Assembly (NCBI GenBank): GCA_002189035.1 | Contig: NEEC01000004.1 | Span: forward strand, 310,001 to 374,000 | Length of the DNA stretch: 64,000 nucleotides | Reading direction: 5' to 3' | From: Utricularia gibba | Lineage: Eukaryota; Plantae; Magnoliophyta | Part shown: one piece after another, positions 49,760-63,178 of the stretch | How positions within the stretch are numbered: position 1 is the first letter of the stretch | Layout of the letters: every line of letters starts with the position of its first letter | The notes under the pieces: model-generated | Seen by the model: the letters and a program-made list of their open reading frames with translations, nothing else | Told to the model about the DNA's origin: nothing | Database searches by the model: none | Translations under genes and position numbers: made by a program

Positions 49760-52217
49760 ATGGGGTGGACAGTGGTTTTAATTGGAATTCTTTGCCTTGC
49801 CCGCGTGGTTGAATCAACTGATAGATTGATGACATTGCTTCCATTTAAATTAATTTCTGGGGCATCATCTCTCCACGACTGGGCTATTATCAGTGCAGGC
49901 TTCTTTGTAGTGGTGGCCCTTGTGCTTTCTATGTACCTTTTATTTGAGCATTTAGCGGCGTATAACCAGCCAGAGGTTGGTCTGGCTCTTATATAACTGA
50001 TTTCTTTTGCATGATGGCATGACATGGGATAACACTTGCAACCACTTTTTCCATCTCGAGTTGCCTTTTTTTCAGTGTTTTGTTGGCCTTGTAACTGTTT
50101 TTATTCTCTCATTTCAGGAGCAGAAGTTTTTGATCGGACTCATTCTTATGGTTCCTGTTTATGCAGTAGAATCGGTAATCAATGGCTTCTCTAACAGTAG
50201 TCCTGTAAAAAATTATATAATGTGAGAAAAATATGCATACTGCAAGGATACTGTTCTTTTTCTCATATTAGTTTCTGTTATAAAGCCTCAGATTAGTACT
50301 GTAGTTTCTAGGATAAGATGATTTAAATACCAGAGACTATATGGTGTCAGGACCGTCAAACCTTGTTTAATGTGATGCTGGATACTAGGAGTTGGTTTCG
50401 TGTTAGTTTGTTTTGCTCCAGCATGACTTTTCATTGGCTCTATAACAGTTCTTATCACTACTAAACTCTGCTGATGGCTTCAACTATGAAATCATAAGAG
50501 ACTGTTATGAAGCGTTTGCCATGTACTGCTTTGAGAGATATCTCATTGCCTGCTTAGGTATGCACTGTACGGTTTAAGCTTTATTCTATGCTCCTTATTT
50601 AGAAAGATCTTAGTTGTGTGCCACTCATTTACATTTACGATGCAGTGTAACCCTTTGTATGGTTTCATGTAACTAGAGGTGTCTCCAATCATGCTGTTTC
50701 CTAATTTATAGTATTCAACTGTCTGAATGAATGCATTTTCGCGAATGAAAAAAAAATTATTCAATGCTCTTCAGGCGGAGAGGAAGATTGTATTGAATTC
50801 ATGGAGACGGAGATCTTGAACTTTTCTTCAGCAAGCGTACCTCTATTGGATGATGCTTATGCATATGGTGTTGTTGAACATCCGTTTCCATTGAATATAT
50901 TTATAAGAGACTGGAAACTGGGATATGACTTCTATAAAGCAGTGAAAGTGGGCATTGTTCAATACGTATGTCTGCCTTTTTAAAATAGAGTACTTGTATT
51001 CTCAGTTTTGTGTTCAATTGAGCATAACCTCACCCTTTATGTACAGATGATACTGAAAATGGTGTGTGCTTTGCTGGCTATGTTTTTTGACTTGTTTGAA
51101 GTTTACGGGGAAGGAAAGTTCGAGTGGACTTATGCGTAAGCTGCTCTCTGTAGTCCAGATTAACTTTTATTTATTTTTATTTTTTTAATTGAATGTGACT
51201 GGATATTTCGTCCGGGTTGTGATCTATTCTTTTTATTTCATTGCATTCAAAGCACTTTTGTTTTTCACAAGCTGTAATGAGCCTTTCATTTGTTTTTTCT
51301 TGCAGTTATCCATATCTGGCCGTTGTCCTGAATTTCAGTCAGTCCTGGGCTTTATATTGCCTTGTGTTGTTCTATTCTGTTACAAAGGTTAAGCTGGCCC
51401 CTATCAAACCATTGGCCAAGTTTCTAACTTTTAAGTCAATAGTATTCCTCACGTGGTGGCAAGGTGTTATTATTGCATTCCTTTTCTCTTTTGGTGCCTT
51501 GAACGGTACTTTGGCTCGTGTTTTGAAAACAAGGATACAAGACTACATCATTTGCATCGAGGTGTGTGGAAATTCCTTCCTTGGTGGCTGTCTTATAAGG
51601 TTTTTTTTTTGCCTGAGTGAAATTTCTTTTCCTCCAGATGGGTGTTGCCGCTATAGTGCATTTGCATGTTTTCCCAGCGTTGCCATACAAACGTGGAGAA
51701 AGATGCGTCAGAAATGTTGCTGTGTTGTCGGACTATGCATCCCTTGGAACCCCACCTGATCCGGAAGAGGTTCAAGACTGTGAAAGGTACACCAGAGTTC
51801 ACAATGAAGACACTAAGCAACGCCCAAGACTGCATCAAAGCGTCCGTGATGTCGTTTTAGGGAGCGGTGAAATGGTTAGCTCCCTCACCCTATCTCTTCC
51901 TCTTGTTACTTTCATCTCCTACCGCTTGTGTGACGTTTGGATGTCGTCAGATAGTGGATGACATGAAGTTCACCGTCTCACATGTGGTCGAGCCTGTTGA
52001 GAGAGGCCTAGCCAAGATCAACCGGACGCTCCACCAGATCTCCGAAAACGTGAAACGCTACGAGGAGAGGAAGAACTCAAAGGATGACAGTTACATTGTC
52101 CCACTGAACTCGTGGACGAGGGAGTTCTCCGATGCACAGGAGCACATCATGGAAGGCTGTGTAAGCGACAGTGGCTTACCCAAAGGTTCGTCTTCTCGGT
52201 CTAGACAACGACCATAG
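49760..52217 (+). CDS. LAZ1 homolog 1-like (DUF300 / OST-alpha / TMEM184 family), 8 exons, 473 aa
   Basis: Exons 49760-49975, 50118-50174, 50449-50557, 50775-50965, 51047-51135, 51306-51561, 51638-51874, 51951-52217 (1422 nt). YNQPEEQKFLIGLILMVP, RDCYEAFAMYCF, KFLTFKSIVFLTWWQG. Confidence 0.95.
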
Positions 52218-52538
52218 AAGGCCGCGGCTGGCTAACTCAAACTCATGCTAACTACCCAAATCGTCACCGTTGGTGGGAGGTAGATGGTTATTTGACTCTT
52301 CTCACCATAGAAAATTGTATAGAAGCACAATGAGAACTCGTAGTTAATGCATATTAGTTGCTTCTTGCGAATAAAATGATGAGCCTTTTTTTTCCCCGCT
52401 GTTCTATGAATAATACTGAGCAATGCGTAAACACGAATCCATAGTCTTAGATTGCATGCTGCACGGCATGATACTGAAAGCACCAGCGTACCATGAGCTG
52501 AACATCTGTTTGGTAAGGAAAGGAAATATGCACACCTA

Positions 52539-55500
52539 TCATCTCTCCCTCAAAACCACAAAGTTTGCGCCGTTTGTCTTCTGTATCTTGGATATTCTTC
52601 TCAGTATTGCAGCGAACGCGTCTTTATCCTGCATTATTCACAAACATTTTGTGAAATATTCACTTTGCACCGGGTAGAGAATAACATATCCCAGGGCAAA
52701 TTTTGTGGAATTCTATCACATTGATTCTAACGAGCACTACCGTCAAAAGCCTAGTTTCCAGGAAATGAAGGGGCAGCAGATGGACACATTGGTTCTACGT
52801 ATGGTTGTCTTCGGGAACATATATTCATAATACGAACTAGCTACCATTCTCTTAATCACCATATTAGAATAATCTGACAGCATAAAATGTAGGAGCGGAA
52901 ACTTGCCTCTTTCTGCTTAAGTCTGGATTTGAACTTGGAAACGAGGTCCTGGGTGGTAACTGGCGTCTTCTGCAAAAGGACTGCTCTGATCTCCTCTTCA
53001 GAAACAGGCCCAGAAGCCGTTGCTGCTCCAGCTTTTGATGTTCCTGGTGCGGATGCAACTTTAGTAGAACTGCCGTTATTTTTTGATGATGAAGCCATCT
53101 CAACTTTGGAAGTTTTTAGAACCTGATCACAAGATTACGAGCTTGAATGAGAAACAAAACCACATGAATGCACATGGGAAGAACTCTTAATAAAAACTTA
53201 AGCTGAAACATCCGCATATTGCAAATTCAACTACTCACATTTTCTACTTTGAGTTTCTTAGATGGTGTAGCAGTACTGTTCGCTCTGGATTCCTCAGCAG
53301 TACTCTTTCTTTTTGCCTTCGATGACTTTGCAGAAGAAGGGGTGCCACGACCAGCTCCAGGAATATTTGATTTCAGGGGGCTAATTGTCTCTGCTGGCTC
53401 TTCTTTAGGGGCTTCTTTCATTGCAGGAAGCACAGGCGATATATCATCTTCCAACTGAGAAAACATAGAAAAATGCAGTTGATAATGAGCTTGTACATAA
53501 ATCTATGATGACATGAAAAGGCTATGCTAGACATCTTAATAAGCATGCAAACTTCTTAATATCTATCTCCTTGACCTATGAACACAAAGCAATGCAATGA
53601 AGCAAGTATCAACCAAACATACATCATCGTCATCGTCATCATCATCTTCTTGATCTGAATCATTTAGTCCGTTAGTCCGGCCAAGCAGTTTCTTCAACTC
53701 TTTTCCAGATTTGCTTAGCCCTCCCTCTTCTTCTCCAGCTTCATCTTCATCTTCGTCATCCTGCAATATGCAGATGAGATACAAAAATAAATAACACAAA
53801 ATGACTATTACTAACATAACATAGCACACAAGCAATCAAAAAACATTTTTATGTATATTTGACGTTTGTCATAAGAGGAAAATGATTATGCAAAGTGTCT
53901 TCCGTGAAATGCATGCATCTTAACTTACACTCTGGTGTGTCACATTTTTAAGATGGCATGGCTATTTTCCATTGACAAACAAGTCATACGATGTCATAAT
54001 TTTCTACGAAAATATCACATAACATTACCTGTTTGATTTCTGGAGGAGCAGGAATTTCTGGTGCCAAATCTTCTCGTTCCTCAGCATTACCAACCGCTTC
54101 ATCATCATCAGTAAAAATCTCTTCATGCTCCCAATCATCACCTATATAGTAAGAAGATAATTGTTGTTATGAGCCTGAGAATTACTGATGTAAAAAGAAT
54201 CCTGATTGATAATTTGAAGAGCTTCAGAATTTAATGCATCAGGACTAGAAATACAAACAAAAGGTTTGTGAGTTGGTTAACGTGATTTATTATCATGAAA
54301 GGTAAATTTGTAACCTAGTTTTTTGTGTTCTCCTCCCCTTGTATGCCACACTTCCTTCCTTCTACATATGAAAAGTGTAAAAAATTTCTAGAGCTATAAG
54401 ATAAGAAAGAAACCACCTTTTTCAATGTCATCATCATCAAAGTCTAGGTCTCCTCCTCCTGGACCTTCTTCATCATCACCCCCACCTTTCTTGTTTAGCC
54501 CTAATCTATTTTTCCTTGACTGCTCTTCTTCTTCATCTTCCTCTCCTCTATCAGAAACATTGGCTTCTTCTTCATCCCCTGAAGGTTTTTTGCGACCCCT
54601 AGCACCACCATTACCTTCCCGATCATCAACTTTTTCAACTTCACCGAAGGCTGCAGGCCCATTATTTGCTGCTTTCATCATCCACCTCTGGTAACCATCA
54701 GCAGTCCTTCTTCTGTTCTTCATTTTTTCTTCCGCCTCCTCTAAAGTGAGCTGCTTATATTGCGCCACCTTGTTAAAATTATACCTACAATTAGCCAACA
54801 GAATTGAGTCGAAAAAAAACTACCATGCAGTATTTTAAATAACAAAATTACCATGAACCAGCAGGAATAGCCACAAACTCCTTCCCTTGAAGCATCAGAA
54901 GGTAATATGTAGCAGATTGTGAGCCCTCAAGCTGACCATGAAATTGATATTGCCCTGTTTCATCCTCTAAAAGCCATGGTTTGTTTTTGTACTTCTCCTA
55001 CATAATGCGATCACATGATCATTCTAACCAGATATGCACAGGAGTACATTACAAGCTAGGAAATACGGATAAAAACTTTATTTTGAATGCAACATAATTC
55101 CACTTAGCATCTTGTTTGATACCACTTAAGAAAAAAAAAAGAACAGAAAAATCAAAGCAAACGTAATCAAATTGAAAAATATCTTTGGGGCGTGAATTTG
55201 CCTTAACCTATAAACAAGTGTATGGCAGGAGAATTACTTGACGCTAGAATCCATAAGAATTTTTGACAATACATATACAGGAGATCTTAATTCATTCTAA
55301 CGTTTGATTCAGGATAAAACCATTAGGTGAGCATCATACCCGCAAAGCATCAGTGATTTGGCGGCCCTGCAGACCTTCTTTCTGCAATGACCATTTATTT
55401 TCATTCTTCTTCTTGAAATTTGGTAATCCAGTAGCAAATCTTCCGATAAAATAATTTTTGTCATTGCTGCTGCTTGCCCGGACATTGTATTCCTGTATAT

Positions 55501-56054
55501 GACATAAAAAACTTTTACCTCCAGAGCAGAAGATGTTAGGAGCGTTTTTCAGACGAATAAATGCATATTAAACGGGTCAAGGCTGCACAACTTTCCATTC
55601 ATTATGTATTAGTCCTACGTCAGCATCTGATTGGTGGGATCAAGTTAAATAGCCATCAAGCAAAAATACCCTAGTTTAATCACACATAAGAAACTACAGT
55701 TCTAGCCATGTAAGTACTAAAACCGTCATCTTGTAGGGAGAAAACGGCATCTGAAAAATTTATGGCACAAAGATCACATACGACACATTTCAATATCGAT
55801 TTTTATATGAGAATACAAAATAAATTCGATACAGATTCATAACTCCAAAAAGAATCCCCGGTTATTGAAAAAGAGATGCAAACCCTAATCAGGACAGTGA
55901 TAGGAGTGCCACACTCATAGCATTTTGTACGCTTCTCGGCCATAGTTTTCCCACAGCTGAGGCACAGGGTCAAGTGCTTGCATGTACTTCCATACAGCTC
56001 CACCATCGAACCACAACCACCGCATGAAGGCTTCAGTATCAAATCAATAGACAT
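52539..56054 (-). CDS. RAP74: General transcription factor IIF alpha subunit (RAP74), 9 exons, last intron GC-AG
   Basis: Plant-type N-terminal Cys/His domain (CGGC...CKH...CLSC...CYEC), KPWLLEDETGQ, WYNFNKVAQYKQLTLEEAE, acidic middle, C-terminal winged helix VSEEEIRAVL...ILRRISKIQK...VVLRER*. Confidence 0.95.
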
Positions 56055-56691
56055 CTTCCCTAATACCCTGTAGCATTCACCACAAAGCTTAACTTGAAAT
56101 CCCCAAAGACGGAAGGCATCGACCCTAGATGCCGGAATTCCGAGAAATTAAATCGTACCACGTGCAAATTCTGTCAAAATTGGTAAATTTTTCGGTCGCA
56201 AACTCAAACCTCTGAAAGACCAAACTGAAACGATCCCATTCTGTTTCACTCCAGCGGAAAAGTTCGACAGGAATTCAGCTTCTTCTCAAGGCCATCAAAT
56301 CACCCTTCTCGAAAATCTGCAACAACTTCCCGAGAATAGCTCTTCGGAATCTTGAGCCGCCACCACCTGCTGTGTAGCTTTTGAAGTACGATTCATCAGC
56401 CCTCTAAATTTATTCATTCCAGCAGCTTTGTGAAAATTTGGGCTCACCTTAAAACAAAATTAATATTTTAATTATATATATATAATATATATATATTTCT
56501 TCATATTACAAAATTTGCAAAAACTAATTAATTTGTGAAAACTTGCTCAAAGGGTAATATTGGGGATTAATAAACCACTATTGGCGCTAAAAAGATCCAA
56601 CTGCTACTGTAGATCTGCAAGCCACCGTTTAATTTGCCTGAATTGGAAAAGCGGCCGCCGTTGATCCTCGCCGTTGGCGCTGTTGTCTGCA

Positions 56692-58113
56692 ATGGTCGGT
56701 CTGAGAGTAGAGTTTAGGTCTATATTCTTATATATATTGCACTATCCAGTGGGTAGATCTTCTTTAATAAGGTTTTCCATTTCCCTATGTTTTTGAGTTT
56801 TTGTTGTTTAGCATTTCTTCAAGTAGAACAACGCTTTCTGAAAATATGGTTACTTTCTGGTTCCGCATAAAAAATCTCGGTTTTGTGAAATATTGCAGCA
56901 TTTTGACTTACTGATGAGCAATGATTTGTTGAATGTAGTGGGTTTTGTCATCCCAGGAAGTTGATTTTCCATATCCCCTTGCACTGACTCTGCTTCACAT
57001 GATGTTCTCCTCGGTATTATGTTTTATTCTGACCAAAGTTCACAAGGTAAGTGATATATGATTCAAGCATTTCAGAGAACTAAGGACGCGCTGCTTATTA
57101 TGTCCCTTATTTCAGATCATGAAGTTTGAGGAAGGGATGACTTTGGACATGTGAGTGGTAGTTTTTCCTTCTTATTTAGGATTGTGACATGATGCCATTG
57201 GTCTTGTTTGGCATTTTTCTCTGCAGATATCCATCTTCTGTAATTTCAATTGATGCAATGTTTGCCATGACACTTTGGCTTGGCAACACCGCTTACCCCT
57301 ATATTTCTATGGCATTTGCTCAGTGAGTGCATGAATAGAAATAATTGCTGTTTTCTGTTACCATTCTTATTTGGTCTTGATTATTCTATAGTGCCAGTTG
57401 CGGTTTTTATTCTTGGAATTGTAGTTGAAGTGGACTTGATGAGCAGGATGCTTTTCATAACATTATCAGATGGTAGGTATAGGTGTAGGTGTAGTCGGAG
57501 AAGCTCTGAGACTGATATTTATGGAGATTTTAGTCAAACAAAAGAATCCTATCTGTTATGCATTACATTAGCCTTGCAGACAAATGGTTTCTTGCATGCA
57601 TTTTTCGTTTGATCCTCTCCTCTATCCTACAAATTTAAGACGGATCCGTTTAATTGTGCAGTGCCGTCGTCTACTGATCCCAGGATCCTGCTATAGCCCA
57701 GGATGATGAAACAAGGGAATTGGAGCGTCAAAGCTCTGCTTCTGGTCCTTAATTCCCTCTGTACCTTCGCCCTCAATTTCTGTGTTCCTCGTCATCAGGT
57801 ACACGAGTGCACTGACCATTCGTGTGGCCGGGGTTATCAAGGACTGGATCGTAGTTGTCTCTGCATTTCTTTTTGCAGACACCAAGCTAACCCTTAAAAA
57901 TATTCTCGGCTATGTCATTAGTACGTGCACTTCCTAATGATTCAACATTTTTACTGTTCGCATTCAAAACTAGATTCCAATTCCAGTTGCAGCTAAGCAG
58001 GTGTTGCTGCTTACAGTAACACCAAGTTGAAGAACAAAGCAGCTGCTGCTCGTGTTAACACAGATGAAGACTCTTCAATCATTACCTGTTCAACCATCAT
58101 ATCATGCAGGTAG
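56692..58113 (+). pseudogene. Decayed sugar-phosphate/phosphate translocator (nucleotide-sugar transporter; At3g14410/At1g53660-like) gene retaining introns
   Basis: Spliceable remnants YILIYIALSSG*IFFNK | WVLSSQEVDFPYPLALTLLHMMFSSVLCFILTKVHK | IMKFEEGMTLDI | ...MFAMTLWLGNTAY...AFAQ* | PVAVFILG...GEALRLIFMEILVK | LNSLCTFALN...TSALTIRVAGVIKDW | AGVAAYSNTKLK. Stops at 56754 and 57324, several deletions and frameshifts. Confidence 0.9.
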
Positions 58114-58497
58114 TAAATAAACTCACAGGAATGCTTTGTTCCATTTGTATCAATAGTGTGCATGCATGCATGTGTAGGGGGTAAAATTTTCCCTGGACCG
58201 ACTGTGTTACCGTAAGCAGTATGTGTAACCTGTGTTGCACTGAAAAAAGATCATTCTTTTACACTGTTATCGAAAGTCTGAACCTGATAAATGATGATAT
58301 TTTTTTTAACTCATGGTCAGTGTTACAAAGCGAAATACAGCTATGGTAGACATGTTAAAAGGTGGATTAAAACCCAGGGCCCGTGCTACGTGGGGACCTG
58401 GACAGCGTAGAGATCTAGCTCAACGTGGCAAAATATCTACCAATCACGCAGCAAAACATTTACCCACAACTGCCCGAAGACTCATATTGGCCTAGCC

Positions 58498-59657
58498 ATG
58501 GTGAAGAAGAAGGACGGGGAGCAGACTGTTGCAGCGGCATTTTTCGCATCTACTCTACTTCTCTGGAGTTTCTCGGTAGCATTCGAAATCTTCTTCAACC
58601 AGAGCTACCAGTTAATTCTCGTCTTCTCCAGCTTCATTTTCTTCCAATTCGCTAACGTTCTGGTTAGGAGATGCGCCTCGCGCGGTGCCCTCTTCGTCAA
58701 CACCTGCATCTCCCTCCTCCATGCCTCCATCATCTCCACCTCTGGTCAGAACAATCAACCAATTTTACTCATCAAACTTACTTTTCCTCCCATTTTGTAT
58801 TCCTTTGAGACACATGTTCCCATTTGGGGATGATTTAGGGCAGGGACTAGAGATTGGGTATATTTTAGATGGCGCCCACTACAATAACAAAATTCCATTT
58901 TTGGTACCCAAGTTTAGCTATTTTATCATTTCGATACCCAAGGAGTCCCTGATTAGCCTACTTTCCGATCATTTTGCTGAATGTCTTTGGGTTCTTGGCA
59001 GTGTTGCTGATCTTGATATATCAATGGAGGACGATTGGGATTAGCCAAATGTTCGAGCACTCACAGTTGGCGGCAACATGGCCATGGGCATACCAAGTAG
59101 TTTGCATCTCATGCGGTTACTTCGCATACGACCAACTGGATATGCTGCTTCATGGACTGTACAGCGGCCTGCTCCCACCAATCTTGCTCCATCACTTAGT
59201 CCTCCTCATCTGCTTCACTCTCGCGCTGTACCGCCGAACCACCATCAACTATCTGATCCTCACTCTCATCTGCGAGGTACCAGAACTACTTCCATCCCCT
59301 AGCCATGAAGTTTGAACAAGGGCACTCATTCTATACTTCGATATGCAGCTACATTCCGTATTTCTACATGTTCGGAAAGTTCGTCGGATGTGCGGGATCC
59401 GCGGCGTCGGAAGCAGGATGGTCAGGATGGAATGGATGCTCAACTGGGTGACCTTCACATCCGCAAGACTGATACCGCACACTGTGATCACAGTCAAGCT
59501 TATCAGAGATGCTCCACTGTTCGATAAGGGAGTCGGGCTTCCTCTTGCTCTGTTTGGAATGGCGGGGATGAATGTGCTCAATGTGTTCCTGGGTGTTGAT
59601 CTCCTCCATGCGTATCAGAGAGAAGCGCGGCCTCCAGAGAGTCATCGATGGCCTTAG
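58498..59657 (+). CDS. TLC (TRAM/LAG1/CLN8) domain membrane protein, At5g14285-like, 3 exons, 276 aa
   Basis: Exons 58498-58744, 59002-59276, 59349-59657 (831 nt). NTCISLLH, SCGYFAYDQLDML, HHLVLLICF, LICELHSVFLHVRK. Confidence 0.9.
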
Positions 59658-60104
59658 AGGCCTTATTTAGACATCTAATTTTTTTTTCATAGTTTTCTAT
59701 TGGAACTAGAACTTATAAACATTGAATTCGTGTTTAATAAATTTGTTTACAATTTCAATTATGTTAAATATGTTTATGAAATATAATATTATTTTAAATA
59801 TATGTTTATAATTATAATGTATAAAATTATCGGGGAATAATCCAGCCAGGGTTCTTGTACTTGAAAATGGGACTGTTCATTTTAACGAATACCCTTCCAA
59901 CCGTCGGATGATGTGAATCGGACGTTGAGGATGCGGCGAATTCGGCAGTCGAAAATGAATGGGAAACCCTCCGTGACCTAAAACCTTCACCTATGAAGAA
60001 GCAAATGAGGATGGTGCTCCTCCTCCGCTAACTGCAGCTGGGAACTGTGGATCGCGTTTGTGGTTGGAGTGAAAGCTCTCCTCGATTAGGGTTTTTCACT
60101 AGAA

Positions 60105-62644
60105 ATGCCTCATCGCGAAGCCTCTCTGTCTATGGCTCACTCGCTGCCTCTAGTCGTGACGCTCAATTGCATCGAGGATGTAGCGCTGGAGCAGGAGTGC
60201 CTGGCTGACGTTGCCCAGGTAGAGCACGTGCCTCTAAGTCGGCTAGCGGACTCGCGGATCGAGTCAGCGGTGGCGGTTATTGTTCACTCGCTCTCCTTCC
60301 TCCCACGCGCCGCTCAGCGACGGATCCGTCCATGGCAGCTCATTCTGTGTCTTGGGTCTGCTGACCGGGGACTCGACTCAGCTGTAGCTGCGGAGCTCGG
60401 ATTGAACCACTTGATTCATGTCGACGTGAGTAGAGCTGAAGAAGTTGCGGATTCTGTTATGGCGCTCATATTGGGGCTGCTTAGGCGAACGCATCTTCTC
60501 TCGAGGCATGCGCTGTCTGCATCTGGCTGGCTTGGTTCAGTGCAGCCGCTTTGCCGTGGAATGCGCAGATGCAGAGGACTGGTTTTGGGTATCGTCGGTA
60601 GATCTGCCTCTGCAGCGTCGTTGGCTGTAAGGAGCTTGGCGTTTAAGATGAGCGTCCTGTACTTTGACGTGCGTGAGGTACGGTGCATTTCTGCAGCCGT
60701 TATCTAATTATGGAGGGTTCTTCTGGTACTTTAATGCTTTTTATGTTACATTGTTGAACTTACCGCTATAGCAAAGTTGATTTTTTTCATGTAGGGAGAC
60801 GGTAAACTTAGCAGATCCTCGTTGAAATTCCCATCTGCAGCCAGAAGAATGGATACACTGAATGACTTGCTGGCTGCAAGTGACGTTGTATCACTGCATT
60901 GCGCAATTTCCAATGATACAGTTCAAATTATTAATGCGGACTGTTTACAGCATATAAAGCCTGGTAAAGTATAGTGTTTTTAGTTCTTTTTGTAGGATTC
61001 TTTCTCATTGTATGGTACTTCCTTGAAGGGGCATTTCTTGTGAATACTGGGAGCAGCCAGCTGTTGGATGATTGTGCCGTAAAACAACTTTTGATCGATG
61101 GTACACTGGCTGGCTGCGCACTGGATGGTGCTGAAGGACCGCAATGGATGGAAGCATGGGTATTACTTAACTTAGGCATGTAGTGTCATTATATGATTCA
61201 GAAACTTGCGATTCTTTTTTCCAGGTTCGGGAGATGCCGAATGTGCTAATTCTTCCGCGCAGTGCAGACTATAGTGAAGAAGTCTGGTCAGAGATACGGG
61301 AAAAAGCAATTTCCATTCTTCAAAAATTCTTCAACGATAAAGTTTTACCCAAGGATGCTGTGTCTGATGATGATTGTGGAAGTGAAGTTGGGTATGAAAA
61401 TGAAGAAAGTCAGAACCCTGATAATGAAGCTTCATTCCAGGGTTCAATTTGTGAAAAAACGGCTGAAGTTATTCCATCATTTGCAGAGAGCTCCCAGAAA
61501 ATGGCCACAAAAAAGCCGGAGGAGGCTTTGTCTCAAAGTCAAGCTTCTGTCTTGTCTGAAACTACGCACGTCCATACTGACGTAAAGCAAAGCAGATCTA
61601 GTAAGAAAGCAAAGAAAAGACACGGACGCCAGAAATCTCAGAACAAAGTGGATGAGGCTCTGAATTTTGAAAAAGAGAGTAGCTCATACAGGGAAGATGA
61701 TGCTTCTATGAGTGGCACAGAAAATGTCTTGACTCCTAGTCCACGCTTTGGTTCACCTGAAGATTCTAGGAGCAGGAAAACACCCATTGAATCCAAAAGT
61801 GATGTTTCTCCAGAGCTTATATCGAAATCAAGCAAGGAATTTAGTAGAAGATCAGAGTTTTTGCAAGACGGACATATAATAGCACTGCATGCAGTAGACC
61901 GCCCTGCATTATATGTTTCAAGGCAAAGAGTTCAAGGGGGTGGCTGGTTCCTTGACACGATGCTAGATATATCAAAAAGGGATCCTGCTGCACAGTTCCT
62001 TGTTGTTTTTAGGGGCAAGGTTTGTCCAGAAAGAGTTTACCATTTTTATCATGCACGTCACTGCTATATTCAGCATAGTGGCATTACAGTCCCCAAAACT
62101 CTAAGCGATTGATGAGGTTTGATTTCTTCAGTTTTTGCATTTTGTAGGATACGATTGGCTTGAGATCATTTACTGCTGGAGGGAAGCTGTTACAGGTAAC
62201 GCATGCCACCTTTATTAATATGTTTTACTGCCACATGCTATATATTCTTTTTTTAATGAGCATAAAAAATGAAGTGCAAGCAGGTGGCCAATGCATGTCT
62301 GTAATGGAAAATGTTATATATGCTAACACCGGAGCCCCTCTCAACTGTGATTAATCTTGCAGATAAACCGAAGGATGGAGCTGGTATTTGCGAGTCACAG
62401 TTTTGATGTTTGGGAAAGCTGGACATTTGATGGCTGTTTGGAAGAGTGCAGGCTGGTGAACTGCAGAAACTCCCATGTAAGTCTGTTTTCAAGTCACCAT
62501 TTATCCATCTCTCCGTTCGTAGCCTTCAAATAGAAGCAGTGCGTAATCATGTTGATTGTCTGTTTACCACAGGCCATTCTAGATGCTCGCATTGAGATAT
62601 TAGCAGCTCTTGGTGAAGATGGCATCACCCGCTGGCTGGAGTAG
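60105..62644 (+). CDS. AN: ANGUSTIFOLIA (CtBP/BARS-like protein), 7 exons, 633 aa
   Basis: Exons 60105-60677, 60795-60963, 61029-61159, 61225-62019, 62148-62195, 62363-62476, 62573-62644 (1902 nt). LNCIE (LxCxE), RRCRGLVLGIVG, KKRH basic patch, GEDGITRWLE*. Confidence 0.96.
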
Positions 62645-63178
62645 AGTAGGTCACCTGTAACTATGGGTTGATTGATTAACACCATTGTTATTGTCTGCTA
62701 AACCCTACTGTAATATGTTGTTCAGGATTTTGGCTTTCTAACATAGCCTAGTAAACAGGAATTCATTCAGCTTGTTGTGCGGGTATACAAAATCCCGTTT
62801 TCATGCTTTTCTGGTTTGCCCCATTTCCAACGCTTCATCTCTGTCGCCCAAAGGCGAACGTATCTCTATTTTACCTTTTAAGTTTGTTTTTAGAAAGAAA
62901 GATGATGTTACCCAACCCAGAAGTGTTAACTGGTTAAGTCGAACATCCCCAAGTAGTGCTCCCCTGATAAAGATTGATTGGTAAAATATGGAATCATTGC
63001 AAATCTCCCAGCAAAATCTGATTGGGAGATGATCATTGCGAAAGTTGAAGTGATCAGCTGCATTAAGTGAACGAATTCGAAGTGTTTCATTGTATGCGTA
63101 CGTTCCAGAAAATTCAGGCGATCTTGCTTGAATTGATTCCTTGGAGTTTACTGGATTTGTACGCGGTACTCCTTTTCG

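Noticed and set aside
55880-55889. Telo-box AAACCCTAAT
   Set aside because: Coincides with the RAP74 exon 1 splice donor (ATT AGG|GTTT) and is explained by it.
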